From positions 74,028,001-74,092,000 of the forward strand of contig OX597815.1 in the NCBI GenBank assembly GCA_951406725.2: DNA of 64,000 nt, written 5' to 3'. Both the position numbers and the translations under genes were made by a program. The notes under the pieces were generated by a model. That model was not told the origin of the DNA, made no database searches, and saw only the letters and a program-made list of their open reading frames with translations. How positions within the stretch are numbered: the first letter of the stretch is position 1; every line of letters begins with the position of its first letter. Source of the stretch: Octopus vulgaris. Lineage: Eukaryota. This document shows positions 13,039 to 26,400 of this stretch, piece after piece.

Positions 13039-16000
13039 AATAAAGAGTTCTCTTTTGCATAAAGAGTAAACTGTGTCAAGCATGTGAGAAAAACAGTAAA
13101 TGCCAAAGATCTAAAACTGAAAGAAATTTATTTAGTATGATTTGTTGGATGGGCAATGGTAATTTGCATCAAAATATAATATTCTTCTGATAGGGTTTTG
13201 AAAGATGACTTCAGTATTTGTGGCTAATAACATACAACAAAGCAAAAGCTTGTGTCCTACAATTCAAAGATGTTATTCATAGCCCAATATGTTTTTACAC
13301 ATATTGTCTGAGATGAAAAAATTTCTCCTGAGACTAGTTTCATAGCAGAAGGTCTTCCTGCATTCAAGTGTACACAAATGTGTTAAATACCATTGAACAT
13401 ACATATATAATTTACTATTATATTTTTTCTACAATCTTAAAGGTCAATACTGTTCAAACATCAATCACTTACAACAATCCTAGTTTTCTCAGCAGTCAAT
13501 ATTTTTGCTAACGGCAAACGACATATTCCAAGCAAAACATCTTTCGAAAGGTTCCGATCTCTCTCCCAGACTTCAACAAAAAGTGGTACACTACAAATTG
13601 AAAAAAGAAAAGCTCAAGGTATTAAAAAGAAGAGAACAAGAAATGTAAAAAAGATACTGTAACAATTACAAAATGTTTGGAATTTACAATGTACACCTTG
13701 AAATTCTATAAAGCACAACTGGGATAAAAGACAAATATCAGCAAAGTCCTCAAAATTCCCATATTATCACAAGAATAATATCCCAATCTATGTTTCTCTT
13801 GTTTTAAAGTCCACTTTTCCATGCTTGCATAGGTTGGACAGAGTTTACTGAGGTAGGTTTTCTAATGGCCAAATGCCCTTCCTCTTGCCAAACTTGTTTC
13901 CAAGCAAAGTAATATTTCTCTATGGTCCAGACATATTTTCACAGAAGATTGGAAATGAAGGACTCTGAATGATCGTAATGCACATTTACAACTATTACAT
14001 TATATCAAGACAAGGAGAAACAAGCACACATTCAAGCACACCTACACACACACACAAAGTTTCTTTCAGCTTCTGTCAACCAAATTACTCTCAAAGCTTT
14101 TGATGGCCCATAGAAGACATTTGACAAAGGTACTGAAGAGCGGGAGCGAACCCAAAACAATGTGGTTGATAAGCAAGGTTCTTAACCACACAGCCATCTT
14201 CATCATCATCCTTCAACGTCCATTTTCCATGCTGGCATGGGATGGGTGGTTTGACCATAGGTGGTAAGCAGGAGAACTGCACCAGGTCCCAGTCTGACTT
14301 GGCTTGGTTTCTACAGCTGGATGCCCTTCCTAATGCTAACCACTTTACAGTGTGTACTGGGTGCTTTTAAGACATTTAGAAAGTGAGTTATTTACCTGAG
14401 AAATGTTTCATGAAGCTGGTCAGTCATGGAAGCAAAATCGAAGGCACAAAAGGAGTGTGGAAGAAACACTTCCGTTCCTTTGGATATTTTTACAGGTGGG
14501 TGAGTAAGAATTGGAGCAGCACTTCCAAAGAAAGGATATACATAACTGAAAATAGGAAGTATAGAAATTATTTCATACAAAATACTATACAACATAGAAA
14601 TGAATTAATACTATATAATGTAATATTTCTAATCATTTAGCATCTGTTTTCCATGCTGGCATGGGTAAGACAGTTTGACTAGGGTCGGTAAGTGGGAGAA
14701 CTGCACCAGGCTCCAGTCTGTTTTGGCTTGATTTCTACAGCTAATACCTATTTCTTTATTACCCACAAGGGGCTAAACACAGAAGGGACAAACAGGGACA
14801 GACATAGGTATTAAGTCGATTACATCGACCCCAGTGCGTAACTGGTACTTTATTTATCGACCCCGAGAGGATGAAAGGCAAAGTCGACCCCGGCGGAAAT
14901 TGAACTCAGAACGTAACAACAGACGAAATACCGTTAAGCATTTCGTCCGGCGTGCTAACGTTTCTGCCAGCTCGCCGCTAATACCAATCACTCCACAGAG
15001 TGTACTGAGTGTCTTTTACGTGTCACCGGCACAGGTGCCTTTTATGTGCCACTGGTACAGGTATCTTTCACATGTCACTGGCACTGGCCACAACTACAAT
15101 TTCACTTAGCTTGATGTGTCTTGGATCAAACAATCAATTATGATTTTGTCTCTAGTTGGGTTCTCATTCAGTTTTGATATCATCAGAAGTACACATGCTT
15201 TCTTGTTAGACTAATTATATATGTACACACACAAACACACATATATGTAAGTGCAGGCATGGCTGGGTGGTTAAGAAGCCTGCTTTGCAACTACATGGTT
15301 TTGGGTTCAATTTCACTGCATGGCATCTTGAGCAAATATGATCTACAATAGCCCCGCACTGACCAGTGCTTTGTGAGTGAATTTGGTAGACAGAAATGCA
15401 CATGTATGTTTGTCACCTCATCACTGCTTTTTTAACCAGTGTTGGTTTGTTTACATCCACAAAACTTAGTGATTTGGCAAGAGAGACCAGTCTTAAAAGG
15501 AAAAAATAAGTACTGAAGTCAGTTTGTTTGACTAAAACCCTTCGAGGTGGTACCCTAACATGGCCCAGTCCAACGACTACAACAAGTAAAAGAGGACAAA
15601 AGAAGATACATCATCATCATCATTTTAATGTCCACTTTTCCATGATTCCACAGGCCAGATGGAATTCACTGAAATAGATTTTCTGCGGTAGGATTCACTT
15701 CCTGTAGCCTAGCCCCACATGCTTTCCCCTTTTTTTTTCAAACACAAACAGCTGAAATTAAAGTAAACTTACCGTAAGAAAACCAGTCTGATATTTGTAA
15801 TCTGATTGCCAGCAATACTGGTGAGGTCAATTGAGAATGTGAAATGGTGGAATTGAGCAGGAATAACAACATGTGGTTGGGAAGAACTTTCGCTGTTACC
15901 CTTGGAGTTCTTTTCAACTTCTGTTGTTGTTGTTGTTGTTTTTGCTGGGACTGCTTTTGCTGATGATGATACAATTGTTGATGTTGATGACAATGATGAT

Positions 16001-17447
16001 GGTGCTGTAATAAAATTCAGATCAAGATCAAATTAAACAACATTCCTCCCAATATTAATCATCATCATTTAACATCCTTTTTTTTTTTTCATGCTGTCAT
16101 GGCACGGGTTGGACAGTTTGACTAAAAAAGACAAGCCATGGTTGAACGCTCTGCTTATCACCAACCACTTTACAGACTGTACAGAATATTTTACTGTAGT
16201 ACCGACACTACTATCATATGTAAAGACACCACATTTAAATTAATTATTATAAATATATTAACTTGAAACAATCAATACATCAATGGACTAGATGCCTTTA
16301 GGCATTATCTATGAGGTAAGTTCATATACTGCAAGGGTCTTCTTTACATTACTAGAGGAAATAAGCACCAGTATTGTGATGGAAATGAAAGTGGAGGGCA
16401 GAGAGTTGTTAGAATAGTTAGCATGCCAGACTAAATGCTTAGTGGCATTTTGTCCATCTTTACATTTTGCGTTCAAATTCTGCTGAGGTTGATAAAATAA
16501 GTACTAGTTTAGTAAGTACTAGTAATCGTCTAGCCACCTCCTCCATAACTGCTGGCCTTGTGCTAAAATTTGAAACCAATATTATGACGGAAATTGTTGA
16601 ATATACTGCCCTAATCTCTAACAATAGACTACAATGTTCTATAATAGTCTACTATACTCTCTAACAATAGGCTACAATATTTAATAATTATAGGCTACCC
16701 TACACTCTAAAAATAGGCAAACTGACTCTAATTTACCTCAAGACAAGTTAAACAACATCAGCAATATAAAAAAAGATAAACGTTACTCACAATTATCTTT
16801 TTTGGAAGAAATTTGAGTATTTGAAGTGGTTTGTGCATCAAGAACTGGTTTCGGGTTTTGTGTTTCTTTGGCTGAAAAGCATCAAGTACATATACTTGAG
16901 AAATTTTGCTAAAATTGTGTCTATTCTGTCTAAAACGTTTTTTTGTTATTATGATGTATGCATGTAAATATCATAATTATCATAGTCATCCCTATTTTAC
17001 AAGTTCTCTCCAAGTTGGTATGGGTTGGCTGGGTCATTGCTTGCAAATATCCTTCCAAAACACCAATCACATTTGAGAATGTACTGGGTGCATTTTATCA
17101 TAGCACAGTCACTAGAGAGGATAGAAGAGAGGGATAGCAAGAGGCAGATAAATTGGAGAGTAAACAACAGCTGTCAATATCAATGGCCATGTGATGTGTA
17201 TGGGACAAAGGAGAGTACAGGTAGAGTATATAGAATACATGCAATATCACCTGGCCCTAACCTTTTTTTTTCAACTATTTCTCAGTTTGTTTGTTTTTTT
17301 TTATGAAGAACTAGCATCCAAAATGTCAAGACTCTTCCTTTTTTTAAGCATTAAACTAATACATTTGTTAAAACCTGTCCCTCCAATGTTATCTTTTGTC
17401 TTCATTGCCTAGTGCGTGTGTGTGTATGTATATATGTGTGTGTGTAT

Positions 17448-17481
<34 letters not shown>

Positions 17482-20400
17482 CATCAAAAAATCTCTGATA
17501 ATTCAATACAGTCAGTGTTGTTCATTTCCATTCTTCTGTGGAAACATGGGGAAATATTACCTTGCTTGGAAACAAGTGAGGGTTAGCAACAGCAAGGACT
17601 TCAAGCTGTAGAAAATCTTCCTTACTGAACTCTATCTGACCCATGGATGCATGGAAAAATGGAGATTAAAATGAAGATGATGAGGATAATGATGAATGAT
17701 GAAAATTAGATAAGTTTCATATTCACTATTTTGAGATTCTTGTAAACTGCTTGGATCCAAACTGGTTTTGTCTTCAAAAGTATCAGAATAGTTTACATCA
17801 GATTTGATTTCTGTTGATTTTTTTGGTGCTTCTGAAACTGTTTGTTGTTGGTCTATAACTTCTTTCACATTTTTCTGGAAATATATAAATAGAAATTAAT
17901 GCTAAAACCTTATTGGTACAAATACTGAAGAAGTTAGGACATACAATTTGACAGCTCACAGTTGTATAGGTAAAATTATACAGAGAAGGCGATGAGAATC
18001 ATTACAGAATCATTAGCATGCTAGACAAAATGGTTAGTGGCATTTCATCCCTCTTTACATTCTGAGTTCAAATTCCACCGAGGTCAACTTTGCCTTTCAT
18101 CCTTTCAGAATCAATAAAATAAGAACCAGTTAAGCACTATCCCTTCCCCAAAATTACTGGCCTTGTGCCAAAACTTAAGACTAAAATTATACAGACAGAA
18201 ACTACATGTGTGTGTGTGTGTGTGTGTGATAGGCTATACCTATCACATGGCCATGTGGTTAAGAATTTTCCATCGCAACTATGCAGTTTTCAGTTCATTT
18301 TTCCTACATTGACCTGTAGGAAAATGTTGTCTACTATAGCTTCAGGTTGTCTAATGCCTTATGAGTGTAACTGGTAGACAGAGCCTTCAGGCAGCCTGCT
18401 GTGTGTTTGTATGGCATCATCATCGTCATCATTGTTTTAATGTCCACTTTTCCATGATTGCATGATTCAGATGGAATTTGTTGAGGCAGTTTTTTCAATG
18501 GCACACCTGGCACAAATCCACCTCTCTCAATACTGCACCTCCACGAGGAGGGCCCTGTCTTGCAAGTTACTAGGTGACCTCATTAATGCCAGTGCCACAA
18601 AAGAAAGCAACACCCAGTACACTCTATATTGTGATTGGCATTAGGAAGGGCAACCAGCCATAGAAACCATGATGAAGCAGACAATGGATTTTGACACAGT
18701 CCTCTGGCTTACTGGATCCTGTCAAACCATGCCAGCATAGAATATGGATGTTAAATGATGATGCTTACATGTGTATAAGTGTTAGCACGTGCAAATATTT
18801 GTGAATGTTGATATTCCCCAATTGTCACCACTTGAGTGAAACTGTGATAACAACAATGTTGACATTCATGTTTGACATTATGACTGACAACTATGCACTT
18901 TCAAAGAACTGTAAAATAAAAAAAAAATCCTTTACCTGAAAAAAATAGGTAAGAGTTTCACTATAGGAAGAACATCCACCAACAAAATCCTGCCTCAAAT
19001 AACTTCACATCTAACACATGCTAGCATGTAAAGAATAAGCTGAATCATGCTATCACCTATTTAAAGGTGGCCAGCAAAATAAAGTGATGAAGAAGGAAAC
19101 AAAACATTAGTAATATTTAATTTAAAAAATCCATAATCACCATTTCTTCTTTCCAGAGTGCAACTGAGATACCAACCACAGGAGGTGAGTCAGTGGAGAC
19201 TTTTGTTTTATTTGGAGTGAAAAGCTGTAACAAATCAGAAATAAATTACATCAAAATTATACACAGCTACCTCAAATTTGATTTTGTTATATTATTTTGC
19301 TTATTTATTCAAAGAAGTGATTCTAAAGTTGTTTTTGGTGCTGAACTAAAAACAAAATTTTAGCCATTTTTCACTATCAACCATTCCAGGGAACCACTTT
19401 TTCCTTCTACGTCCGAAAGTCACACTGAATTTAGAAGCTCATTTTGCAAGTATGTGGTTTCATGGTTCAGTCCCACTCCATAGCACATTGGGCAAATGTC
19501 TTCATACTATAGCTCAGGGTTGACCAATGCCTTATGAGTGAATTTGGTAGAAGGAAACTGTGAAAACCCTTGGTGCACATATACATGTGTGTGTGTGTGC
19601 GTGTATATATTATCATCAGGTAACATCTTCCTACCATGCTGGCATGGGTTGCACAGTTTGGCAAGAGCTGCCCAGGCAGGAGCCTGCACCAGACTTCTGT
19701 GTCTGTTTTGGCAGAGATTTTATGGCTGAATACCCTTCCTAACACCAACCCCTCTGCAGAGTGGACTGAGTGCTTTTTACGTGGCACAAGCACAGGCAAG
19801 GTCAGTTTGGCATGGTTTTTACAGATGGATACCTTTCCAAACACCGACCACTTTACAGTGTGGAATGAATCTTTTTAAGTGGCACCAGCACTGGCAGGGT
19901 CACCAAGTAACTTGCAAGACAAGGATACTTTGAGAGGGGAGGTGGTATTGGAGGAGCAAACCTTTTAACCACTTAGCCATGATAGTAACAACTTTCTGAA
20001 TCAGAAATATTAATTTACTGGCCAAAAAAAGATTCACAGTTCATATCCTCTCACCGATACTCTTCGTTATATATTTGAGGAAGGGACTTAACTCTCGTTG
20101 GTCGACCCTCTTGCAGTAGATAGACAAATCATTGAGGTAAATTGCCAAATATATATATATATATATATATATTACATTATTTAATTATTAACTATGGTAG
20201 ATGGGCAGAACTGCAAAGAAATTGTATTTTAGCCTCACCGTGTAATCACCCTCTAAAACAACTGGTCGCATGAAGATTTCAGTGCTGCCTGGTTTCAGTA
20301 AAGTATTTAAAGGTACTTCACAATGTCCAAACGATATATCCTCACAACAAAAATGAACCTGAAACAGAATCACAAAAGAAACAGTGAGCAGAAAATCGCT

Positions 20401-23400
20401 ATGGGGTGGGCAGACAGCAGGAGAAATCTTCAGAGGAAGAACTGTCAAACAAGTATTTCAGACCATTTAGTTCTCTAAGAGCTCAAGGACCACCTACGTA
20501 GTCACTCCTAGATGTCCTCTTGCAGTTATTTAAATGTCACCTCTAGAAGTAAATGTAATTAATAATTCTCACCTGATAATGCATCAATTTTTAACAGAAT
20601 CAGTTCAAATTTCAAATGTGCTACTCATATCTTTTAAAAAATATACATTTGTTGGAGGCTTTTTTTTAGCCAGAAGAGATACCACAAAGCATTTAATCCA
20701 ATGCTCTAACAATTCTATTAATCCACTGCCTCAGATTGGTATATTTTCATTACCTCCTAAAGGATGAAAGGTAAAGTTGACTTAGGTGGGATTTGAATTC
20801 AGAGCATAGGAAGTTGGGACAAATACTGCAAGGTATTCTATCCAACACTAATGACTACCAACTTGCTACCATATTTTAGCTTTGAAGGATCATCATAGCT
20901 GTTGTCATCTTTTAACATGTCTTCCATCTTGGCATGGGCTAGCTGGCTTGACAGGATTTGACAGGTCAGAAGACTGCATTGAACTTCAGTGTCTGCTTTG
21001 GCATGGTTTCTACAGCTGGATGCCTTTCCTAATGCTTTGCAGTGGTTCTCAACCAGTGCTCATGTGACCCCTGGTACTCCACATAAAATTCTGTTGGGGC
21101 CATGCAAGCAAATAGTAAATTGGAGATCCACAGTAGGACTTTAAAAGTTCATTAGATGTATTCATTGTAAGAAATAACTAGGTCTCTTTCTCTAATGTTT
21201 TACATAGTTTAACAGGTCTCCAGCCACTGAAACATGTTCTTTCAGAGAGTGCTGTTGCAAACCTACACGAGTCAACATGTGAAAAACAAAATAGGAATTT
21301 TGAAAGCAGTATCTATAAAACTAGTTTCTATACGTTAAATGGCTATAGGGGTCCACCAGAATAAATAGTAACCAAAGGAGTCCATAGGTAAAAAATGGTT
21401 TAGAACCACTGCTTTAAAAGATATATTAACCAATTTAAGAAACTATAAACCAATGTTAACCACTGATCTATGACTTACCTGGATGCCAGGTTGGTTTGCA
21501 AAGAAGAGACATAAAACATCTAGATTGCTTCGGATCTTCACAGATGCTCTCTCAGGCACAAATTTTGGGTTGATCAAATCAGTGAAGGTCTCACTGCAGA
21601 CATTATTTCCAAATAAGGAATAATAAAAACTGTATCCACTGGAATTATCAGGTAGAGGGATGGCCGCAGGGATCAACTTTTGGCAAAAATAAAAAAAAAT
21701 TTTTAAGTAAATAAAACAGATGTTTCCAAATGTATATAAAGAAAGTATACAGAAAAATAACAAAATATAGATAATTTATTTTCTAACAGCATCTCTGTGT
21801 TCAAAAATAAATAACAATCTTATTTGTATCTGTAACAATAAAGTTTTAGAAAGTAGTAGTAATAGTAGTAGCAGCTTACAAGTGCAAGGTTAGATGCATA
21901 AACAATGGTGACAGCTAGTATGAATATATCCTGACAACAATCAACTGGGCCAATTTGATAGAAGCTACCAGTTTCATCTAAAATAGGACGTAGATTGGTT
22001 GTTAGATCTGTAATAAACAAAATGATATAATAATTTAATTATGAATATAAATACAAGTAGTACACAAGCATATTTCAGATCATGTCTTTTACTCTTTCAC
22101 ATGTACACAATTGGCATCATCATTTTAAAGTCCTCTTTTTCATGCTTGCATGGATCAGACAGGATTTGTTGAGGCAGATTTTTTTATGGCCAAATGCTCT
22201 TCCTGTCACCAACCCTCATTTGTTTCCATAGTAAGGTAATATTATTGCCCAATGGTCAGACACGCTTTCAACAGAAGACTGGCAACCTGGAAATTAACAA
22301 CATCCAACAAAAGCGGATGTGAAATGAGGATATTACAGCCAACATCACGTGTGCTTGTGCTCTTTTTCTCCAAAATAGAAGACTCCATTACAAATGATAA
22401 TGTATAAGAAAAAGGAACTTCGCCAACAAGCTGTTGTGGGATTTAATGAAATAACAAAAAGCACTTAGGTTGATTATCATCATTGCTAAACATCCGTTTT
22501 TCATGCTGGCAAGATTTGGATGGATTGCCAGGTGCTGGTGAGCCAAAGGACTGTGCCAAACTCCAATGTCTGCTTTGACATGTTTTTCACGACTGGATGC
22601 CTTGGCAATCTAAATTACAGGAAATTGTATTTTCCACTCCTTAATGTAAAGTTATTCTATATAATTTGCTCTGTTAAATTCCTCAGTGACGTAAATGAAC
22701 TTCTGGTAAAGCCAGATAATTATTTACAATACATGCCAACCACTTAAAAGAATGCACTGGCACAAATGAAATCACTGAGTAACTCACAAGAAAATACCTC
22801 ACAATTGAGTAGAGTTGTAGAATCAAGGCGGTGGCTTTATACCAGTAGATGAGAGACTAAACTCTGATAGAGGGATAGGAACAGGTGTCTGGTTGTAGAA
22901 GACATACAAAGATATACAAAAAGATGGTGATGATGAGTTGTTAGGGCATACCATGAAGTTACAGGAAGGTGAGTATAAGATAAATGGGGATAGAGGTGAA
23001 TGCAGTGAATGGTGAGCACAGGTAGAGGTGTGGTTAATGGTGAGTATTTATTTTCCATTGCTTCACCCACTAACCATCACCCATCCTTTGATGAATAAAT
23101 TAACAAAAGAAAATGTCAAGAATACTTGTTTGCATCTCTTCAATCTTTTTGACTTCGTCCACATCATGATCAAGGTAGAGACCAAGTTGGAGTTCAGGTT
23201 TCGATTTCATATATTTGCAGTGAAGTAGAGGATACCACTTTGATGCCTGAATAAAAATAAATAACACCAAGAGTATTAAAAAAAGTTTCATAATTCATAA
23301 GTTAATTGAAAAATCTTGCAAAAATCTTTGAAATTTCAATGAAGTGAGTGTTTATTTTTAGAATAATATTGTAAGGCAAGTGTGAAAAGCTAGATATGGC

Positions 23401-26400
23401 CAGTTTGAATATAAGACAGGTAGCATATTTGGGCCTGATATGGCTGGTTTAAATGCTAAATGGTTAAAATAAAATTATCTAGAAGACAGAGAAATTTCCT
23501 TATGATACAAGGAAAGTAACTCATAAAAATTGCATTAAAATTTACATATTCACATTAAAACACATTGTAGAAAAGAGAAGATAGTTATAATAAAGAATGA
23601 GCATTTGTTCTATGATAAATGGAATTTTGAAGAATGACTTAGAAGTGAAAAAAAAAACATAGTTAAAAAAATTAACTTGTATTGTTTACTTGCTTCGGTC
23701 ATTTCAGTGTGGTCGTACTGGGGCAGTACCTTGAAGAATTTTAGTCAAACTAATCAACCCCAGTACTTATTTTTTTAAGCCAGGTACTTATTCTGTCTGT
23801 CTCTTTAGCAAAACCACTAAGTTATAGGGACATAAACAAACCAACACCAGTTGTCAAGCAGTGGTGGGGGACAAACACAGACACAGAGAACGACACATAT
23901 ATGACAAGCTTCTTTCAGTTTCCATCTACCAAATCCACTCACAGCACTTCAATTGGTTCAAGGCTACAGTAGAAGACACTTGCCCATGATACTACACAGT
24001 AGGATGAACCTAGAATCACGTGGTTGGGAAGCAAACTTCTTACCACACAGCCACACCTATACCTAACATTTAATTTCAGATATGAAATTTCTATATGAAA
24101 AAAAAATTACATTTATTTAATTCTTTTTACAAACCTGCTTCATGGTAGCAGCTCGAAAATCAAGTAGAACATAGCCAATCATCTCTTTCACTGTACTTTG
24201 GGTATCATAAGCATAACACTGAATTTTCATGGAACTGCGGTGTAAGCGATGTTGCTGAAGTCCTTTTTTGGTTAATTGCCATGCCAACTCTTGTGTTATA
24301 CTTGGCTTGCTAGTATGATTAACAGGATCAGTCGAGAGAAGTTCGCCATCAAATTTAGCATCTATTATCAATTTATGGTGGGGCCTTTTGGGGAAACTCC
24401 GACCTGATGGAAAAAAAGATATATAATATTAGAATCTTGTAAGAAAAAAATCTTAAAAACAATTTTTTTTCCCAGTTATTAATTCCACATAAAAACTATG
24501 CAGCAGTCTCAACTTTATAGCAGAATCCTGAAGAGTATGAAAACATAAGAAATCATCATTATCATCCTTATCATCAACATCATCATTTTATATTGTTTCC
24601 TTACTGGCTTGGGTTGGATGAATCAACACAGTTTTAGTTAGCACATATTCAAGGATGCCACTCATCTAGGTGGGATAGAAGACCACCTTGCACTTGTGAG
24701 TTTCATTTTTGATTTGGTTTCTGTAGTTGGATGCCCTTCCTAACACCAACCCCTACATGAAAAGTCTGTAGTACATATTATTTTAAATAACTGATAACTT
24801 TGTGTCAAACCACATAACAAGGTAAATCAATATGGAAAGTAAAATGTTAATCATGTTCATCTTGATTACAAAATTCAAAAAATCCTAACCCTAATGAGAG
24901 ATTGGTAATAAGTTAGGTTTTTAGTAATATAAGCTTTTTGGAGCACTCAATTTATAAGATCAATTTTTTTATTGTACTCTGTAAAATACAATAAGAAATA
25001 AATTTCATAAATGGAGGTCTCTGATAACCATGTAAAACAGACTCATTATGTAGTGACTATAGTATTAAGATGCAATATTAAGTATATCACAGATTGGCTT
25101 ATGTAAGAAAATAAATTAATTAGAAACTGTTGCAGAAGTTTTCATGATTGATAAGATGAAATATCATATCCAAAAATTCAGTTTTATATGGATGAAAAGA
25201 ATTGCAGTACACTGTGTATAGTGGTTAAGAGATGTGAAGAGAGGGTGGGGGTAGGTTAGCATAGAGTAGAGACAAACATTTAATCTTGTTGAGAACACGT
25301 CAACATCTTTGGTGCTACAATAAAACTAAACCCGCTACACTTTGTAAAGTAGTTAGCAAATGATTAGAGACAGCATATGGTAGAGATGAATCTTTAGTCT
25401 TGTGGAGATCATGACAAACTCTCTGTGGCAATGACAAGAACAAACACAGTGCACTCTGTGTAGTGACTGATGGTAGGAAGGGCAGAAACGTATGAACAAA
25501 ATGTGGTCATCTAATCCATGCAAGACGGGCAGTAACTCCAAATAAGAAATGATTTGGACTGTGATAATCCAAGGACAGATAGCAGGCATATGATGATAAT
25601 GATGAAGAAGAAATAAGTATTAACTAGTAGCAAGATACAGTAGAGAAGTGGTCTCATTTTGTAGAAAGAAGGAATCATAGGAACTTCAGTACTTTGTAAT
25701 CAATGCAAAAATTGGTACACTAAACACCTAATGGAAACTTTGTCAAACTGAGCCACATACTAAAGATGACCAACTACTTTTCTATTCAAGGGGTGAAAGT
25801 GTTTGGTTATGAAATACTGTTATCTGTTAGTAAAATTACATTTTGCAACCTGTGGTTTTTAAGACATTCAAGGAAACCACTTACAAAAAAAGTGTTTGAT
25901 AGTTACCCCATCTCACTGAAGCTCAGGAGAGAGCTTGGCTGTTCCAGTACCTCAGTCTCCCCAACATGGTAGTGCCATGTATTTGCCTCTAATTTTTTAG
26001 AAAAGAATACTGGTGTCTCTTGGTATGATGTATAACTAAAGGAGTGTGCATGCCACTTATTTTGTTTATTTATTTATATTCTGTCTGTTTTTTTTTCTTT
26101 ATTGCTTTCTTTCACCATTTTCTTTTTACTTTGGTAAATTGTTGTTTCACTGAATTGTTCTAAATCTTTATTGTAATATTCTCAAATAAACTATCATAGT
26201 TTGGTTATATATGTGATGGAGCTTGCCTTGAAAGTGTAAGTAAAGACAGTTGTGGAGTTTTGGAATAGCTAACTCTCAAAATCTTATAGCTTACACAAAA
26301 TGGTATGGAAGGTGGAGGCAGGAATGTAAAAAAAAAAATATTAAAATGTTTGGTAAATATTTTTTTTCAAAATTGTAATTTTTATTATGCGGAATACAGA

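Noticed and set aside
22300-22400. Possible extra CEP120 exon ([10 protein letters not shown]) between exons 3 and 4
   Set aside because: It needs phase-0 entry but exon 3 ends in phase 1, and phase-1 entry hits TGA. Exons 3 and 4 already join in frame.
24880-24895. CCTAACCCTAA telomere-like motif
   Set aside because: Only about two units; too short to call an interstitial telomere.
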